64,000 nt of DNA. Origin: Oscillospiraceae bacterium. Lineage in GTDB: Bacteria > Bacillota > Clostridia > Oscillospirales > CAG-272. The notes under the pieces are model-generated. The model did not search any database and was not told where the DNA came from. It worked only from the letters and a program-made list of their open reading frames with translations. The DNA is taken from NCBI GenBank assembly GCA_015063845.1, contig SVTJ01000014.1, positions 400 through 64,399 of the forward strand, in the 5' to 3' direction. Made by a program: the position numbers and the translations under genes. Shown piece after piece: positions 62,595-64,000 of the stretch. Position 1 is the stretch's first letter. Every line of letters begins with the position of its first letter.

Positions 62595-63002
62595 ATGAAA
62601 AAAGCTTATTTTTTATTGGTGCTGATACTTACGCTCGTTATGCTTTGCAGCTGCGGCGGATATGTCAAGAGCTATTCTGCGAGCATATTGATAACTTCCT
62701 GCCAAGGTGACGAAGCGAGTATGGAGTTTAAAACCTTTAAGGGAACGTATAATTTCAAATTAAAGAGAGACGGAGCTTCTGAGCATACGCTTGATCTTGA
62801 CGCAAGCCTTGCCGAGGGTGAGGTGAACGTTTATATCGGCGTTGACGGTGAAAAGGAGCTGCTCCGTACGGTCAAGGGCGGGGAAGCATACGATGAGACC
62901 ATTGTGCTTGACGCTAAATATGACAACGAAAAAACCGTCTACGTTATTATCGAATCGACAGGCAAGTGTGTTGACGGAGATTTTGAGTTTGAGTATAACT
63001 GA
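62595..63002 (+). CDS. Hypothetical small lipoprotein
   Basis: AGAGGA RBS. Signal peptide plus lipobox VMLCSCGG. 135 aa. Confidence 0.7.
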   Translation: MKKAYFLLVLILTLVMLCSCGGYVKSYSASILITSCQGDEASMEFKTFKGTYNFKLKRDGASEHTLDLDASLAEGEVNVYIGVDGEKELLRTVKGGEAYDETIVLDAKYDNEKTVYVIIESTGKCVDGDFEFEYN

Positions 63003-63185
63003 TAAGGTTGAACGAATATATTGCCTTTGAAAATTGCGAAACGGCTATAAAACAGCTCATAAACGCAAAAAGCAACCGTCGGTTGACAAATTGAAAGCTC
63101 TCGGTTGGTGGCGCGTAACCGAGGAGCGTGCTATAATACAGGTAAAGAGATATGAGCTTTATTTGACTTTAAGTGAGGTGCTTTT

Positions 63186-64000
63186 ATGATTTTAGCTGAT
63201 AAGATTATTAAATTACGGAAAAAGAACGGTTGGTCGCAGGAAGAGCTTGCGGAAAAGATGAACGTATCGCGTCAAGCTGTCTCAAAATGGGAGAGCGCGC
63301 AGACAATTCCCGATCTCGAAAAAATATTGCAGCTCGGCAGACTTTTCGGTGTTACTACCGATTATCTTTTAAAGGATGAGATAGAGGACGAGGAAGCGAC
63401 CGAGGATATTTCTGACCATACGGTCAGACGGATAACGCTCGAGCAGGCGAATACCTATCTCGAGCAGAGAAAAAGCGCGTCCGTTAAGATCGCCTTAGCG
63501 ACGTTTTTGTGTATTATCTCGCCGATAGCGTTGATACTGCTGGGCTCTTGCTCGGAGATCGCAGGCTTTGGAATATCGGAAAACGTTGCGGGGGCTGTCG
63601 GACTTGCGGTGCTGTTTGCTTTTCTGCTTTGCGCTATTCCGCTTTACATATACTGCGGATTTAAAAACGATCCCTTCGCTTTTCTTGACAAAAAAGAGCC
63701 GTTTGAGCTTGAATACGGGGTGAAGGGTATCGTCGAGGAGCGCAAAAAGCAGTTCAGAGCTACTTATGTCAAATGGAATATTATCGCGACCTGCCTTTGC
63801 GTTTTTTCGCCTGTTCCGCTGATAATATCGTCATTTGCGGGGAATGAATTTCTCAGTGTGGCAATGCTTGCCGTGACTATGGTGATAGCAGGTGTCGGTG
63901 TATTTATGTTTATACTTGCGGGCGTCAGAAACGCGAGTATGCAAAAGCTTCTCAAAGAGGGAGAATATACCGAAAAAGGAAAGACCAAAAGCGGCATACG
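63186..64000 (+). CDS. XRE-family HTH protein with C-terminal multi-TM domain, 3'-truncated by window edge
   Basis: Absent from the ORF track because there is no stop before base 64000. ATG 63186 after GAGGTG. My hand translation begins [62 protein letters not shown] and continues into at least four hydrophobic helices with no stop. Confidence 0.75.
   Translation, partial: MILADKIIKLRKKNGWSQEELAEKMNVSRQAVSKWESAQTIPDLEKILQLGRLFGVTTDYLLKDEIEDEEATEDISDHTVRRITLEQANTYLEQRKSASVKIALATFLCIISPIALILLGSCSEIAGFGISENVAGAVGLAVLFAFLLCAIPLYIYCGFKNDPFAFLDKKEPFELEYGVKGIVEERKKQFRATYVKWNIIATCLCVFSPVPLIISSFAGNEFLSVAMLAVTMVIAGVGVFMFILAGVRNASMQKLLKEGEYTEKGKTKSGI

Noticed and set aside
63151-63165. A 4-codon mini-ORF (ATG AGC TTT ATT TGA) upstream of the XRE-TM gene, as a possible leader peptide.
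   Set aside because: It is too short, has no RBS and no associated attenuator structure, and is expected by chance.

Overview
The window looks like a chromosomal segment of a Firmicutes/Clostridia-type genome. This is inferred from AGGAGG-type RBSs, many TTGACA-17-TATAAT promoters, a T-box leader, Rex, DnaD/DnaI and YtrA-type GntR-ABC modules. The organism is probably a saccharolytic gut or rumen Oscillospiraceae-like bacterium. I call 57 protein genes, two of them cut by the window edges. Housekeeping genes: aspS, murD, cysE-cysS behind a Cys T-box, mtnN, rimI-tsaD, rex-dnaD-dnaI, dCMP deaminase, an ABC-F ATPase and a type IIA topoisomerase B subunit. There are three clusters of apparently cytosolic glycan-trimming enzymes: GH29, two GH3, GH35, a GH78-like protein, a GHL-type hydrolase, sugar isomerases/epimerase, beta-phosphoglucomutase, an SGNH esterase and AraC regulators. 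Also present: two YtrA/ABC modules, a heterodimeric ABC exporter, a MATE pump and a MoxR-DUF58-DUF4129 operon. I found no rRNA, tRNA, CRISPR array, transposase, integrase or phage structural gene, and no recognisable defence system. Three things are not explained by ordinary annotation. (1) A dense modular intergenic repeat family fills seven intergenic gaps; it shares the terminal inverted repeat AAATTAGGATTTATCGG and a covarying hairpin with the invariant apex TTCTTTCAAGAA. (2) A G11 homopolymer forms most of a 19-nt spacer in a TTGACA/TATAAT promoter upstream of the ABC exporter, which makes it a candidate slipped-strand phase switch. (3) Several enzymes and operon couplings are uncharacterised: a tandem HIGFDEED paralog pair, a beta-PGM with no GH65 partner, and an XRE-S24 repressor coupled to ABC-F. 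All calls come from reading the sequence and from remembered family motifs. No database search was run.
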